Assembly: GCA_963666275.2 (NCBI GenBank)
Contig: CAXXOA010000002.1
Coordinates: 1,984,001 to 2,048,000, forward strand
Direction of reading: 5' to 3'
Length of the DNA: 64,000 bases
Origin: Oceanispirochaeta sp.
GTDB lineage: Bacteria > Spirochaetota > Spirochaetia > DSM-2461
Shown: piece by piece, positions 28,081 through 37,625 of the stretch
Numbering within the stretch: the first letter of the stretch is position 1
How the letters are laid out: the number at the start of each line of letters is the position of its first letter
Notes under the pieces: model-generated
What the model saw: only the letters and a program-made list of their open reading frames with translations
Told to the model about the DNA's origin: nothing
Database searches by the model: none
Program-made: the position numbers and the translations under genes

Positions 28081-28704
28081 ATGAGCGAACTGACCAAAGG
28101 ATTTATCCGGGAAAACCCGATTTTCATCCTCATGCTGGGACTGTGTCCCTCACTGGCTGTTTCAACTCAGGTAGTTAACGCCCTGGGTATGAGCGCCGGT
28201 ACAATTTTTGTATTGCTGGGTTCCAATATCATGGTAGCCCTTCTGAAGAATTTCATTCCTGATGAGATTCATATTCCCGCGTATATCGTTATTATCGCCA
28301 CCTTTGTAACTCTGGTGGATCTGCTGATGCAGGCCTATGCCCCGGCTCTTTCCAAAAGCCTGGGTGTGTTTGTACAGCTGATTGTAGTAAACTGTATCAT
28401 TCTGGGACGTGCAGAGGCTTTCGCCAGTAAAAACAGCGTAAAAGACTCTATCACCGATGCCCTGTCCATGGGATTCGGTTTCTTTTTCGGACTGACACTG
28501 ATCGCGCTGATCCGTGAAGTCCTGGGTGCCGGAACAATTACCCTTTTCCCTATGGGAGACTTTAACGGCGTCATCGAGCTGCCCGGTCTTGTTTCCGCTC
28601 CTGTCCGGATCATTTCCCTTTCTGCAGGTGCTCTGCTTGTGGTCGGGTATCTGAAAGGAATGTTCAACTGGCTCAGTACCAAGTCTGCGAAGGAGGCTGC
28701 CTGA
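28081..28704 (+). CDS. rnfE: Rnf complex subunit E
   Basis: ENP...LGLCP.LAV and IVVNCIILGRAEAFA. Confidence 0.93.
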   Translation: MSELTKGFIRENPIFILMLGLCPSLAVSTQVVNALGMSAGTIFVLLGSNIMVALLKNFIPDEIHIPAYIVIIATFVTLVDLLMQAYAPALSKSLGVFVQLIVVNCIILGRAEAFASKNSVKDSITDALSMGFGFFFGLTLIALIREVLGAGTITLFPMGDFNGVIELPGLVSAPVRIISLSAGALLVVGYLKGMFNWLSTKSAKEAA

Positions 28705-29294
28705 TGACCTATATTGGCATTATAATTACCTATGTATTTATCAGTAACCTTATTCTGTCTCAGTTCCTGGGTCTGTGTCCCTTTATCGGTGTTTCCAAAA
28801 ATGTGGAATCCGCCGTGGGAATGGGTTTTGCTGTAACTTTTGTTATGTCTATTGCTTCTCTGGTCACCTGGGCTCTGTATCATCTGATTCTGATGCCTCT
28901 GGGACTGGGATATCTTCAGACTATTGTGTTTATCCTGACTATCGCTTCACTGGTTCAGCTTGTTGAAATGGTTGTTCAGAAATATTCTCCCATCCTTTAC
29001 AAAGCACTGGGAATCTACCTTCCCCTGATCACAACAAACTGTGCTGTTATGGGTATTGCCCTTATCAACATAAAAAGCGGTTACAATGTGATGGAAAGCT
29101 TTGTGGCGGGATTTTCCGCCGGTATGGGTTTTCTCCTGGCGATCCTTCTGATGTCAGCCATCCGTGTGCAGATGGAAACAGAGAAGGTACCCCGGTATCT
29201 GAAAGGAGCCCCCATTGCTTTTATCAGCGGTGGTTTGATGGCTATGGCGTTTATGGCTTTTGACAAAGCCCTTCTGAACAATCTGATAGGATAA
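28704..29294 (+). CDS. rnfA: Rnf complex subunit A
   Basis: FLGLCPFIGVS and LGIYLPLITTNCAVMG. Confidence 0.94.
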   Translation: MTYIGIIITYVFISNLILSQFLGLCPFIGVSKNVESAVGMGFAVTFVMSIASLVTWALYHLILMPLGLGYLQTIVFILTIASLVQLVEMVVQKYSPILYKALGIYLPLITTNCAVMGIALINIKSGYNVMESFVAGFSAGMGFLLAILLMSAIRVQMETEKVPRYLKGAPIAFISGGLMAMAFMAFDKALLNNLIG

Positions 29295-29297
29295 GAC

Positions 29298-30143
29298 ATG
29301 ATGAACGAAGTAATGAGAATTTTCTGGGGATTCCTGTCTACTGTTGTGTTCGGGGGTCTTCTGGGTCTGGGACTGGCTGTGGCCTCCCGGAAACTGAAAG
29401 TGGAGAAAGATGAGACCGTGGAGGCCCTGGACGGGGCTCTTCCCGGACTGAACTGCGGTGCCTGCGGATATGCAGGATGTTCCGGCTATGCCGAAGCCCT
29501 GGCTGAGAAAAAAGAAGATGATATTACCAAGTGCAAACCCGGAGGAGCCGACTCTCTGGCTGCTATCGGGGAGATCCTTGGTATTGAAGTGGATGTGGAT
29601 GCTGTCAAAATGGTGGCCCGTGTCCATTGTATCGGTACCACCGAAAAAGCGACAAGAAGTTTTGAATACAGCGGTCTGAACGACTGTAATGCGGCAACCG
29701 TTCTGTTCGGGGGCAGCAAGGATTGTAAATTCGGCTGTCTCGGGCTGGGAAGCTGTCTGAGTGTCTGTCCCGTTAATGCAATCAGAAAAACCGATGACGG
29801 TCTTGTGAAAGTTGACGCGGCAACCTGCATTTCCTGCGGTAAATGCGTTGATATCTGTCCTACCGGGGTTATGAAGATGATTCCCGAAGATGCTGACTTT
29901 GTGGTGGCCTGTAATTCCCGGGATAAAGGGAAAGACACAAAATCCAAATGTAGTGTAGGATGTATAGCCTGCCGGATCTGTGAGAAAAAATTTCCTGAAG
30001 CCGGATATAAAATAGAGGATAATTTATCAATATTGCGGTATGATGATAGGGGACCCGGACGGGCCGATGCGGCAGAGAAGTGTCCGGCCAAATGTATCAT
30101 TCCGTATACTGATATAAAAACCGAAGCTCCTGCAGAAGAATAA
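29298..30143 (+). CDS. rnfB: Rnf complex subunit B
   Basis: LPGLNCGACGYAGC, CKFGCLGLGSC...CP and further ferredoxin motifs. Confidence 0.94.
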   Translation: MMNEVMRIFWGFLSTVVFGGLLGLGLAVASRKLKVEKDETVEALDGALPGLNCGACGYAGCSGYAEALAEKKEDDITKCKPGGADSLAAIGEILGIEVDVDAVKMVARVHCIGTTEKATRSFEYSGLNDCNAATVLFGGSKDCKFGCLGLGSCLSVCPVNAIRKTDDGLVKVDAATCISCGKCVDICPTGVMKMIPEDADFVVACNSRDKGKDTKSKCSVGCIACRICEKKFPEAGYKIEDNLSILRYDDRGPGRADAAEKCPAKCIIPYTDIKTEAPAEE

Positions 30144-30189
30144 ACGGAGCTAAGGTCTATCTGTATAAGATAACCGATTTGCATTTTAA

Positions 30190-32187
30190 ATGAAAAAGAT
30201 AAAGCTGGTATTCGGTACAATTAATACACAACCTCTCGGTTTGCAGGATCATCTTTATGAAGATGCCTACCAGAAGGCCTATAAACCGTTTCTGACGGCA
30301 GTGTATAACTATCCGGAAATCGCTTTGTCTCTGCACTATTCAGGGCCTCTTCTTTCCTGGCTGGAAAAGAGGCATCCTGAATTTATAACTGTCCTCAGAG
30401 AGATGGTCGACCGTAAACAGGTCGAGATTCTGGGAGGGAGTTATTTTGAACCCATTCTGCCTCTGATTCCCTCTTCCGACAGGGTGGGGCAGATCGAAAT
30501 GATGACAACCTATCTGAGGAAAACCTTTGGGAAACGCTCCCGGGGGGTATGGCTCTCCGGAAATATCTGGGAAAATCCCCTGACCTACACCCTCAAAAGC
30601 TGCGGCATGGAGTACCTGTTTCTTGATGAAAGTGTATTCCGGGACGCAGGCGTACGGGACAGCCGCCTCATGGAACCTGTCCTGACGGAAGATCAGGGGA
30701 AAACCGTTTATGTTCTGCCTCTGTGTGACAGGATGAGCGGGAAATTCTTTCATAATGCTCCGGGACAGGTCATTGAAGAAATGAAAACTCTCGCTGATGA
30801 ATCCACAGGTTCTCCAGTACTCTCTCTCATTCTGCCCGGGGAACAGCTCTCCCACGAGACTTCACGGACCGCTCTGGCCTGCAATACCGCCTGGCTGGAG
30901 GAGTTTTTCTCTCTTGTTCTGAAAAATTCAAACTGGATCGATGTGGAACTTCCCGGCAAACTCGTCAGAAATCTGACAGTGGCGGAAAGGCGCTATTTTC
31001 CACCGACAACCTATACAAAGCTGATGGAGTGGCGCGAGACAGGAAATCCTGCTCCCAAATCGGACAACCGGCACTTCCGGCACTTTCTCACCTCCTATAA
31101 GGAGAGCGACTATCTGTACTCCAAGATGATGTACACACAGGTCCTGGTCAATCAGGTGAGAGGGGATAAATACCGCAAGAAATCTGCTCGGGAAGAGCTC
31201 TGGAAGGGGCAGAATCACAGCCCCTACTGGCATGGTCCCGACAGGGGAATCTATAATATTCAGCTCAGGCACAATGCCTACCGTTTTCTTATAGAAGCGG
31301 AAAAAGTGACCCGGGAAAAGGGAATCTTTATTCCCTCCCTGACTCCTCTGGACTTTGATATGGATGGAAGAAATGAATATCTCTATCAGGGACATACCCT
31401 CAATGCCTATGCCCATTTGAAAGGAGGAGTTCTTTTTGAAATGGATTACCTCCCTTCCAGCTGGAACTATCTGAATACTTTTTCCCGCTACCAGGACTTC
31501 AGTACCCCTCCGGGTGTGGAGCTGAAAGACAATTACAAGCGGAAAGCCTTTCATGACCATTTCTTTGAAAAGGTGGACCTTGATTCCTTTCTGGACAATA
31601 CCTATCAGGAATCGGGGGATTTTCTTAACGGGATCTACGACGTGGAAAACCATAACCGGGAAAAACAGGTCCTTGTGATGACAAGAACAGGATCGGTCAG
31701 TAAAAACGGTAAAAAGTCTCCCCTTCAGATTAAAAAGCAGTACGATTTCAAGCGGAACAGCATTGAGCTGCAGTACGAGATCACCAACAAGGGGTATGAG
31801 AAAAGGGATTACCATTTCGGCAGTGAGCTGAATCTGGCCCTGCCGGCTCCGGAAACCCACGAATCCCGGTTCTGTTATATCAACAGGCAGGAGGAGTTCC
31901 TGGATTTCGACGGAATTCCCCTGGAAATTTCAGATATGCAGATTCTGCAGATACAGGATCTGATGAACAATACGACCCTGCAGCTGGACTTCTCCGTCCT
32001 CCCCGACAGTTTCTGGAGTTCCCCTCTGGAAACGCCCTATATCTATCCGGGCACCGATACGATCGATACCCTCTATCAGGGCACCACATTCCTGCCCCAG
32101 TGGCATATTTCCCTCTATCCTGGAGAAACCTGGATCCTGAATCTGAGCCTGAAGGTCGGGAAGAGCAAAGGGAAGGCTTTCGCTTAG
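30190..32187 (+). CDS. GH57 / 4-alpha-glucanotransferase-like protein with degenerate catalytic motifs
   Basis: AY.PFL, HYSGPLL.W, EILGG.YFEPIL, YWHG and DFDMDGRNE give the GH57 architecture; the catalytic positions appear substituted. Confidence 0.85.
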   Translation: MKKIKLVFGTINTQPLGLQDHLYEDAYQKAYKPFLTAVYNYPEIALSLHYSGPLLSWLEKRHPEFITVLREMVDRKQVEILGGSYFEPILPLIPSSDRVGQIEMMTTYLRKTFGKRSRGVWLSGNIWENPLTYTLKSCGMEYLFLDESVFRDAGVRDSRLMEPVLTEDQGKTVYVLPLCDRMSGKFFHNAPGQVIEEMKTLADESTGSPVLSLILPGEQLSHETSRTALACNTAWLEEFFSLVLKNSNWIDVELPGKLVRNLTVAERRYFPPTTYTKLMEWRETGNPAPKSDNRHFRHFLTSYKESDYLYSKMMYTQVLVNQVRGDKYRKKSAREELWKGQNHSPYWHGPDRGIYNIQLRHNAYRFLIEAEKVTREKGIFIPSLTPLDFDMDGRNEYLYQGHTLNAYAHLKGGVLFEMDYLPSSWNYLNTFSRYQDFSTPPGVELKDNYKRKAFHDHFFEKVDLDSFLDNTYQESGDFLNGIYDVENHNREKQVLVMTRTGSVSKNGKKSPLQIKKQYDFKRNSIELQYEITNKGYEKRDYHFGSELNLALPAPETHESRFCYINRQEEFLDFDGIPLEISDMQILQIQDLMNNTTLQLDFSVLPDSFWSSPLETPYIYPGTDTIDTLYQGTTFLPQWHISLYPGETWILNLSLKVGKSKGKAFA

Positions 32188-32277
32188 GTATTTCCTTCAT
32201 ATCCCCCAAGATCAGTCATTGCAAAATTACTGATAGAAGTAGTAAAAAGCTACAATTTGCCAACTTTAATAGAAATA

Positions 32278-33483
32278 CTAATTCAAGATTATCATTTCAG
32301 GTAGATCCTGATTGTAGTTTTCCGATATCGTGATTTTTGACCCATCAGCTTGCTTTAAAAATATGAAGCAAGTCTTACCTGATATCATATTAATCCCAGT
32401 AAGAAATAAATTATTGTCATATAGCGGTATAATCTCATTTATCTCATACTCATTTAAGGGGAGAATCACTGTTTTTTCATCTGTTAAAGGATCAATTTTT
32501 AATAAAGAAGGTTTTCCTGAGGTATCCCGGCAACTCAGGAAGTAATGTGTTTCAGTGGATGCTGCCGTTATGATCTCATGAGTTTCTGGAAAGGTTATCT
32601 CTCTGGGTAAATTTGTTGGGTTATGCATCTCATATATACCAGAAAAATTGAGGAATCCAACCTGAATTACATAATTGTTATTTCTAAAAGCTGTTTTGAT
32701 ATTATTTTTAGTAGGTAATCCGTTATCATCTATTTCGACTGTGTTCACAACTCCCGTTGCACTGTTATAAGTGAGTGTTACCATCTTGTTATTCTCAGTA
32801 TCATGATATTCAAAATAACCATGAGGGTTTACATAAATATCCGGAAAATCTGCATTTAATGAGATATTTATCTGACTGCCATCAGAAGCTATAATTATGT
32901 ACGATCGAGATAATTCATCGTCTGCCACTAAAAGTTCCCCATTACCGGATATTAGAAAACTTTCAATTATTTCAATAGAATAAAAATATTCGATATTTTC
33001 AGGACTTGTACCATTAAGAGTAAAGCGGTACATATCACTTGAAATCCAGAAATAAAAGGTATTATTATCCGGACCCTTTATAATATTAGAAGCTCCAGCG
33101 GGGATAGGAAAAGGCTGGGCAGAACCGTCCTGCTTGTTTACTATAAGGAAAGCATTGCTATCATCACTTGAACTCCAACTTCTTTTAATCAGGAAATAAT
33201 CCTTATTGAGATCTATAACGCAAGTTAAATTCATCGATTTATATTTTATAGTATCTCCATTTTTATCCATACATATTATTTCATTTGCAGTACCATTTTT
33301 GTCTATTCCGTAAAGGATATAGTAACTATCAGGATCTTCTTCTAAATAGAGCACACTGCTATTTTTTAAATCCAGGCTGAATGTATCTTCAAAATCAGGA
33401 TCATGGGAAGGCTTATCATCTGTTAAAGAACAAGAACATAAGATACAAAATACACAGATCATGAAAATAAATAATTGTTTCAT
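32278..33483 (-). CDS. Hypothetical lipoprotein (AT-rich, paralogue of the upstream gene)
   Basis: Signal peptide with lipobox LCSC; beta-strand-rich sequence. Confidence 0.8.
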   Translation of the reverse strand: MKQLFIFMICVFCILCSCSLTDDKPSHDPDFEDTFSLDLKNSSVLYLEEDPDSYYILYGIDKNGTANEIICMDKNGDTIKYKSMNLTCVIDLNKDYFLIKRSWSSSDDSNAFLIVNKQDGSAQPFPIPAGASNIIKGPDNNTFYFWISSDMYRFTLNGTSPENIEYFYSIEIIESFLISGNGELLVADDELSRSYIIIASDGSQINISLNADFPDIYVNPHGYFEYHDTENNKMVTLTYNSATGVVNTVEIDDNGLPTKNNIKTAFRNNNYVIQVGFLNFSGIYEMHNPTNLPREITFPETHEIITAASTETHYFLSCRDTSGKPSLLKIDPLTDEKTVILPLNEYEINEIIPLYDNNLFLTGINMISGKTCFIFLKQADGSKITISENYNQDLPEMIILN

Positions 33484-33504
33484 ATATACACACTTCTCGC
33501 TTTT

Positions 33505-34695
33505 TTAAAAATAAATAAATAGGCTTTCTGGAAACAGACCCTCATCTGAATAGAGATGAATAGTCCCATCTATATTTACTGTGCCTGTTATAATTGAATT
33601 AGAAGGATCTTCGCCACAGAACAGTACGAGATCATCACTGAGAGCCAGCATTTGATGAATTGTAACAATTCCAGAATCCATCATTTGTACAGTATCGCTG
33701 TTATCAGAAGGATTTAACCTCATAAAACCTGTATCTCCGTCAAGATTTTTAAAATGGATAAAATAATAATTTTCTGAACTACAGGAATTATCAATCGTAC
33801 TGACATCTGCAGGAGTAATTTTTTGTATTCCTGTAGGGTTTTCTTCTATTTTGAAAATATCATAATAGTGAATCCCGAAGGTTACCGTTCCAAAATGAAA
33901 AAAATTTTTAAAGTATACATAATTCAGTGCAGTATTGTAGCGAAACTCTGACGTACTTTTTGTAATATTATCAATTGTCAATTCGACCAAATCATTAGTT
34001 TCTTTATCAAAATATTGGACCTTTCCACTCGGACTCATCCAAAGCTTCATCACATTGGGAATATTATATAGACTTCCATCTGTAAATCTTATTCTCCATA
34101 TATCCAGATAATTTTCTTCATAGATTATGATTCCATTCTCTAATACAATAAAATCTTCAATTATGTCACTGTATGGTGTAACTGGTTCATATGTCATATC
34201 AAGTAAAGTCTCTAAATTGAACTGGTAAACCCTGATACTGTCAGAAAAGAATTTTTTATCCGGTCCAATCGATATCACTTTGTTTATTTGAACATTACTA
34301 TCATAGAGATTAGTATTGTTTCGGTAGTCGAAAAAAAGCCCCTCCATTTCGGTTACTGATCCACTGCTTTTGTCTATAAGATATGAATTGTCCCTACCTA
34401 ATATTTTCAGAATAAAGGTCTCTGTTCCCATGTCCACAGCAAAAAATCCATCATCTGAGTTATCGCTATTTTTAAAGATGGGCACAATTGCTATGGAGCC
34501 GTTTTCAATCACTTTATATAGCCGGTAATCCGAATAATTATCACCTTTATGGATAAATAGAGCTTTGGCTCCTGATAAATCTAAAGAATCTAAAACTGCA
34601 GGATCTTTTTTATCATCAGAATCATCATTAAACAGATCGCAGGACGTTAAACTAAGCAAAAAGAGGAGTAAGAAGAAAACACAGTTCCGGTTCAT
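33505..34695 (-). CDS. Hypothetical lipoprotein (AT-rich)
   Basis: Lipobox LTSC; N-terminal LDLSGAKALFI..YRLYKV resembles LDLKNSSVLYL..YILYGI of its neighbour. Confidence 0.8.
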   Translation of the reverse strand: MNRNCVFFLLLFLLSLTSCDLFNDDSDDKKDPAVLDSLDLSGAKALFIHKGDNYSDYRLYKVIENGSIAIVPIFKNSDNSDDGFFAVDMGTETFILKILGRDNSYLIDKSSGSVTEMEGLFFDYRNNTNLYDSNVQINKVISIGPDKKFFSDSIRVYQFNLETLLDMTYEPVTPYSDIIEDFIVLENGIIIYEENYLDIWRIRFTDGSLYNIPNVMKLWMSPSGKVQYFDKETNDLVELTIDNITKSTSEFRYNTALNYVYFKNFFHFGTVTFGIHYYDIFKIEENPTGIQKITPADVSTIDNSCSSENYYFIHFKNLDGDTGFMRLNPSDNSDTVQMMDSGIVTIHQMLALSDDLVLFCGEDPSNSIITGTVNIDGTIHLYSDEGLFPESLFIYF

Positions 34696-34970
34696 TCACA
34701 ATCCTTTTAAATATGTTTATTTTTGAGGCATTATATTATCCAAGGGAAACTCTGTAAACAAAAAAAAAATCTGATTTATTAAAAGAGGATGTGATCCATT
34801 CTTTTCTGTGTTTTCAGTATCTAAAAATAGGCAGGAAATTTTATCTTTATTCAAATTAATTAAACTTCAATAACATTCAAGAAGTATCTTTGTTCAATTA
34901 CTCAGAAAGCTTCTATAACTGAGAAAGTCGTAACAGAATATTTCAAGGGAGGGCAACCAGACGGCTGGAT

Positions 34971-36245
34971 TTAAAACTCCACTCTCTCTTTTCTTGTACG
35001 GGATTCCCGTATTTCGAATATGTTGTATATCCAGCGGTTGGATTCGGCATAGTAGAGTTCACGGGCAGAGAGGAAATCCATGAAGGCATATTCCAGCTCA
35101 TTCTCAAAATACCGGGCCTGTCCCCTGTAGTAGTGGAGTCTGGCTTTCAATTCTTTATCGTAGTGACTCTCCAGTTCCCTTGTGGTCCGGTTGATCACCG
35201 CTTCCCAGTCTCTGTTTTCCATTAAAAGAGGAATCCCCTGGATCGCCGGATCCACAGCGGCCTCTGTATCAACAGGAAGGATTTGCTCCTCCATCCAGTT
35301 GATGGTCCTGACGGATTTACCGAAATTCAGCTCTGCAAGCTGGAGGGCTGTATCTCCTGAAAGTTCCGTGGGCGTGTCTGTGAGAGCCGGGCCGGGCAAG
35401 GGCTTTCCCTTCTCGATATCCGAAGTAATGTTCAGAACAGGAAGGGGAATATGCCGGGAAAAGTACTGGAAGGTATGAGCCTCTTCGGGAAACCACTCCT
35501 CCATGGGAATCATAACCGGCTCTGTTGTCACACTCCCTTCGTAGAGAATCTCCGGACTTCCCGCTTCAAAAAGGTCCTTATCCACCATGGCATAGTAGAA
35601 GGGAATCCCCGGGACAACCTGGTCTTTCCAGAGGATCTTCTCACCAGTGATTGTGGTGACTCTGGCCGCCTGGACCAGATCTTCCCGGCTCCGGGGCAGA
35701 CTTGTGCTTCTGAATATGATTACGGGCCTTTCGGGAGCCGTTGAATAGCCGCTTATATGCATCTCCTGCATTTCGGGAATGACCTTTAATCGGGAGAGGT
35801 AGGTCGCTCTTTCCTCTTCCACTTCATAGAGAACCGCCGAAACAGGGGTCATATTCATATTCCGGTAGGGAATGAAAACTTCATAGAGCTGCCCATCCTT
35901 TTCTGGGAGCACTGTAAAATACCTTTTAACGCCGTCTCCCGGTTCATAAAGGAACTGTTCCGTACCGGTTGATACGGTGCCCAGAAGGGTAGCGTCTTTC
36001 AAAGTATCCTTGGAAAGAGGCTTCAGGGAAGAGTAGATTTTATAGTCTGGATTAGCAAGATTTCCCGTGTCTTTCCAGCTTAGAAGGATGGCTGAACCTT
36101 TCGTTTCGGCCTTGAACCGGGAAACGAAGGGGGCAAATATTTCTGTCCGGGTCTCGTCGGAAGAGATTGTCTGTGACGAAAGGGGGAGAGGAAAGAGACA
36201 GAACAGGAGAAATATGACAGTGGAAAATATAGTGTTTTTCTTCAT
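34971..36245 (-). CDS. Secreted hypothetical protein with a C-terminal TPR-like helix pair
   Basis: Signal peptide; C-terminal ARLHYYRGQARYF...AFMDFL. Confidence 0.7.
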   Translation of the reverse strand: MKKNTIFSTVIFLLFCLFPLPLSSQTISSDETRTEIFAPFVSRFKAETKGSAILLSWKDTGNLANPDYKIYSSLKPLSKDTLKDATLLGTVSTGTEQFLYEPGDGVKRYFTVLPEKDGQLYEVFIPYRNMNMTPVSAVLYEVEEERATYLSRLKVIPEMQEMHISGYSTAPERPVIIFRSTSLPRSREDLVQAARVTTITGEKILWKDQVVPGIPFYYAMVDKDLFEAGSPEILYEGSVTTEPVMIPMEEWFPEEAHTFQYFSRHIPLPVLNITSDIEKGKPLPGPALTDTPTELSGDTALQLAELNFGKSVRTINWMEEQILPVDTEAAVDPAIQGIPLLMENRDWEAVINRTTRELESHYDKELKARLHYYRGQARYFENELEYAFMDFLSARELYYAESNRWIYNIFEIRESRTRKERVEF

Positions 36246-36307
36246 GGTACCACTTATATTCTCGGCAGATGGCTGTTAAAACCGGATAAAAAAAGGAAAC
36301 TCTCTCG

Positions 36308-36336
36308 TTGACCCGCGTACCGGCGGGGGGTATTAT
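36308..36336 (+). promoter_or_regulatory. sigma70-type promoter of fliG (leaderless geometry)
   Basis: TTGACC-17 nt-TATTAT with ATG 7 nt downstream. Confidence 0.6.
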
Positions 36337-36343
36337 GTTGACT

Positions 36344-37537
36344 ATGAAATTCGGCCAGAGAGGCTTGGACGCATACAAAGCCCAGTCAAAACCCCTCCCC
36401 AGCAGATCGGACAAAAAGAGCACACCCGGCGATGCGGCTCTTTCCGCCATGGAAAGCATAGACAGCAGTAAAAAAACTCCTCCGGGACTTCTTAAAACCG
36501 GAAAAGAGAGTGCAATTCCTTCTCTCCGGGAAGGGGAAGCGGCACCGGAAGAGCTGAAGGGCATAGCCAAAGCCGCCCGGTTTATCCTCCTTCTGGATAA
36601 AGAGGAAGCCGGTTCTGTTCTCAGGAATATGAATGAACGGGAGATCGAGCTGATAACCCGGGAAATCGCCAGGATACGGTCTGTCTCTCTGGAAGAAGCC
36701 CGGACCGTACTGGAGGATTTCGGAAGTGCTCTGCCTCCCCATAAAGTCGCCGGCGGTTTGGGAATGGCCCGGGAGATCCTGAATCGGGCTTTCGGCGAAG
36801 AGAAAAGCCGGGAGTTTCTGAAGAAATCCGTCCCCGAATCCTTTCCGGCTCCTTTCAGCTTTCTGAATGACCTGTCACTGCCTCAGATGATGCAGCTCCT
36901 GAAAGATGAGTCTCTTGAAACCCTTTCGGTGATCCTTTCATTCCTTGATCCTCAAAAAGCCTCGGGAATAATAAAAAGCCGTCCTTCAGAAGATCAGGTG
37001 AAACTGATCCGCAGGATGGGGCGGATCGATAAAGTGGATCCTGCAATTCTCAGCAGTATGGAGGGAATCCTTCAGGAGAGGGTTCATAAACTGGCTAAAG
37101 TGGATGAAGTGGAAATTGACGGGGCCTCCCGTCTGACAGAGATCCTGAGATTTATGGATCCCCAGTCTGAAAGCACTATTCTCAGTGAGCTGGACAACCG
37201 GGATCCGGATCTGGGAAGGCGTATCCGTGAGGATCTCCTCACCATGGACAGTGTATTTAAATTGCGCCCCAGGGATCTTCAGACCCTTTTAATGGATATT
37301 CCCAATGAGACTCTTATACTGCTTCTGAAGGATAAAGATCAGGATGTGACAGACCACATCATGGAGAACCTCTCCACCCAGCGGCGTATGCTCCTTGAAG
37401 AGGACAGAATTCTGGCTCCCCTGGTTCCCCGGAGCGAAGTGAAAAAAGTGACGAGGGAGTTTCTTGAAACTATCCGCAGAAAGCAGGAAGAGGGCAGTTT
37501 TATTCTACTTGACGAAGATGATGACCTTCTGGTCTGA
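36344..37537 (+). CDS. fliG: Flagellar motor switch protein FliG paralogue (orphan, N-terminally extended)
   Basis: KAARFILLL, EIE.ITREIA, GGL..AREIL.RAFG, PFSFL and IDG.....EIL motifs; no flagellar neighbours. Confidence 0.8.
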   Translation: MKFGQRGLDAYKAQSKPLPSRSDKKSTPGDAALSAMESIDSSKKTPPGLLKTGKESAIPSLREGEAAPEELKGIAKAARFILLLDKEEAGSVLRNMNEREIELITREIARIRSVSLEEARTVLEDFGSALPPHKVAGGLGMAREILNRAFGEEKSREFLKKSVPESFPAPFSFLNDLSLPQMMQLLKDESLETLSVILSFLDPQKASGIIKSRPSEDQVKLIRRMGRIDKVDPAILSSMEGILQERVHKLAKVDEVEIDGASRLTEILRFMDPQSESTILSELDNRDPDLGRRIREDLLTMDSVFKLRPRDLQTLLMDIPNETLILLLKDKDQDVTDHIMENLSTQRRMLLEEDRILAPLVPRSEVKKVTREFLETIRRKQEEGSFILLDEDDDLLV

Positions 37538-37625
37538 GGGAGTTCTGCCCGCTCAGGGGAAACTCTCCAATTCCCTGTGTGCTGGATACTTGCCAATCTT
37601 CCCGTAGTTATACTATTATGCGTTT

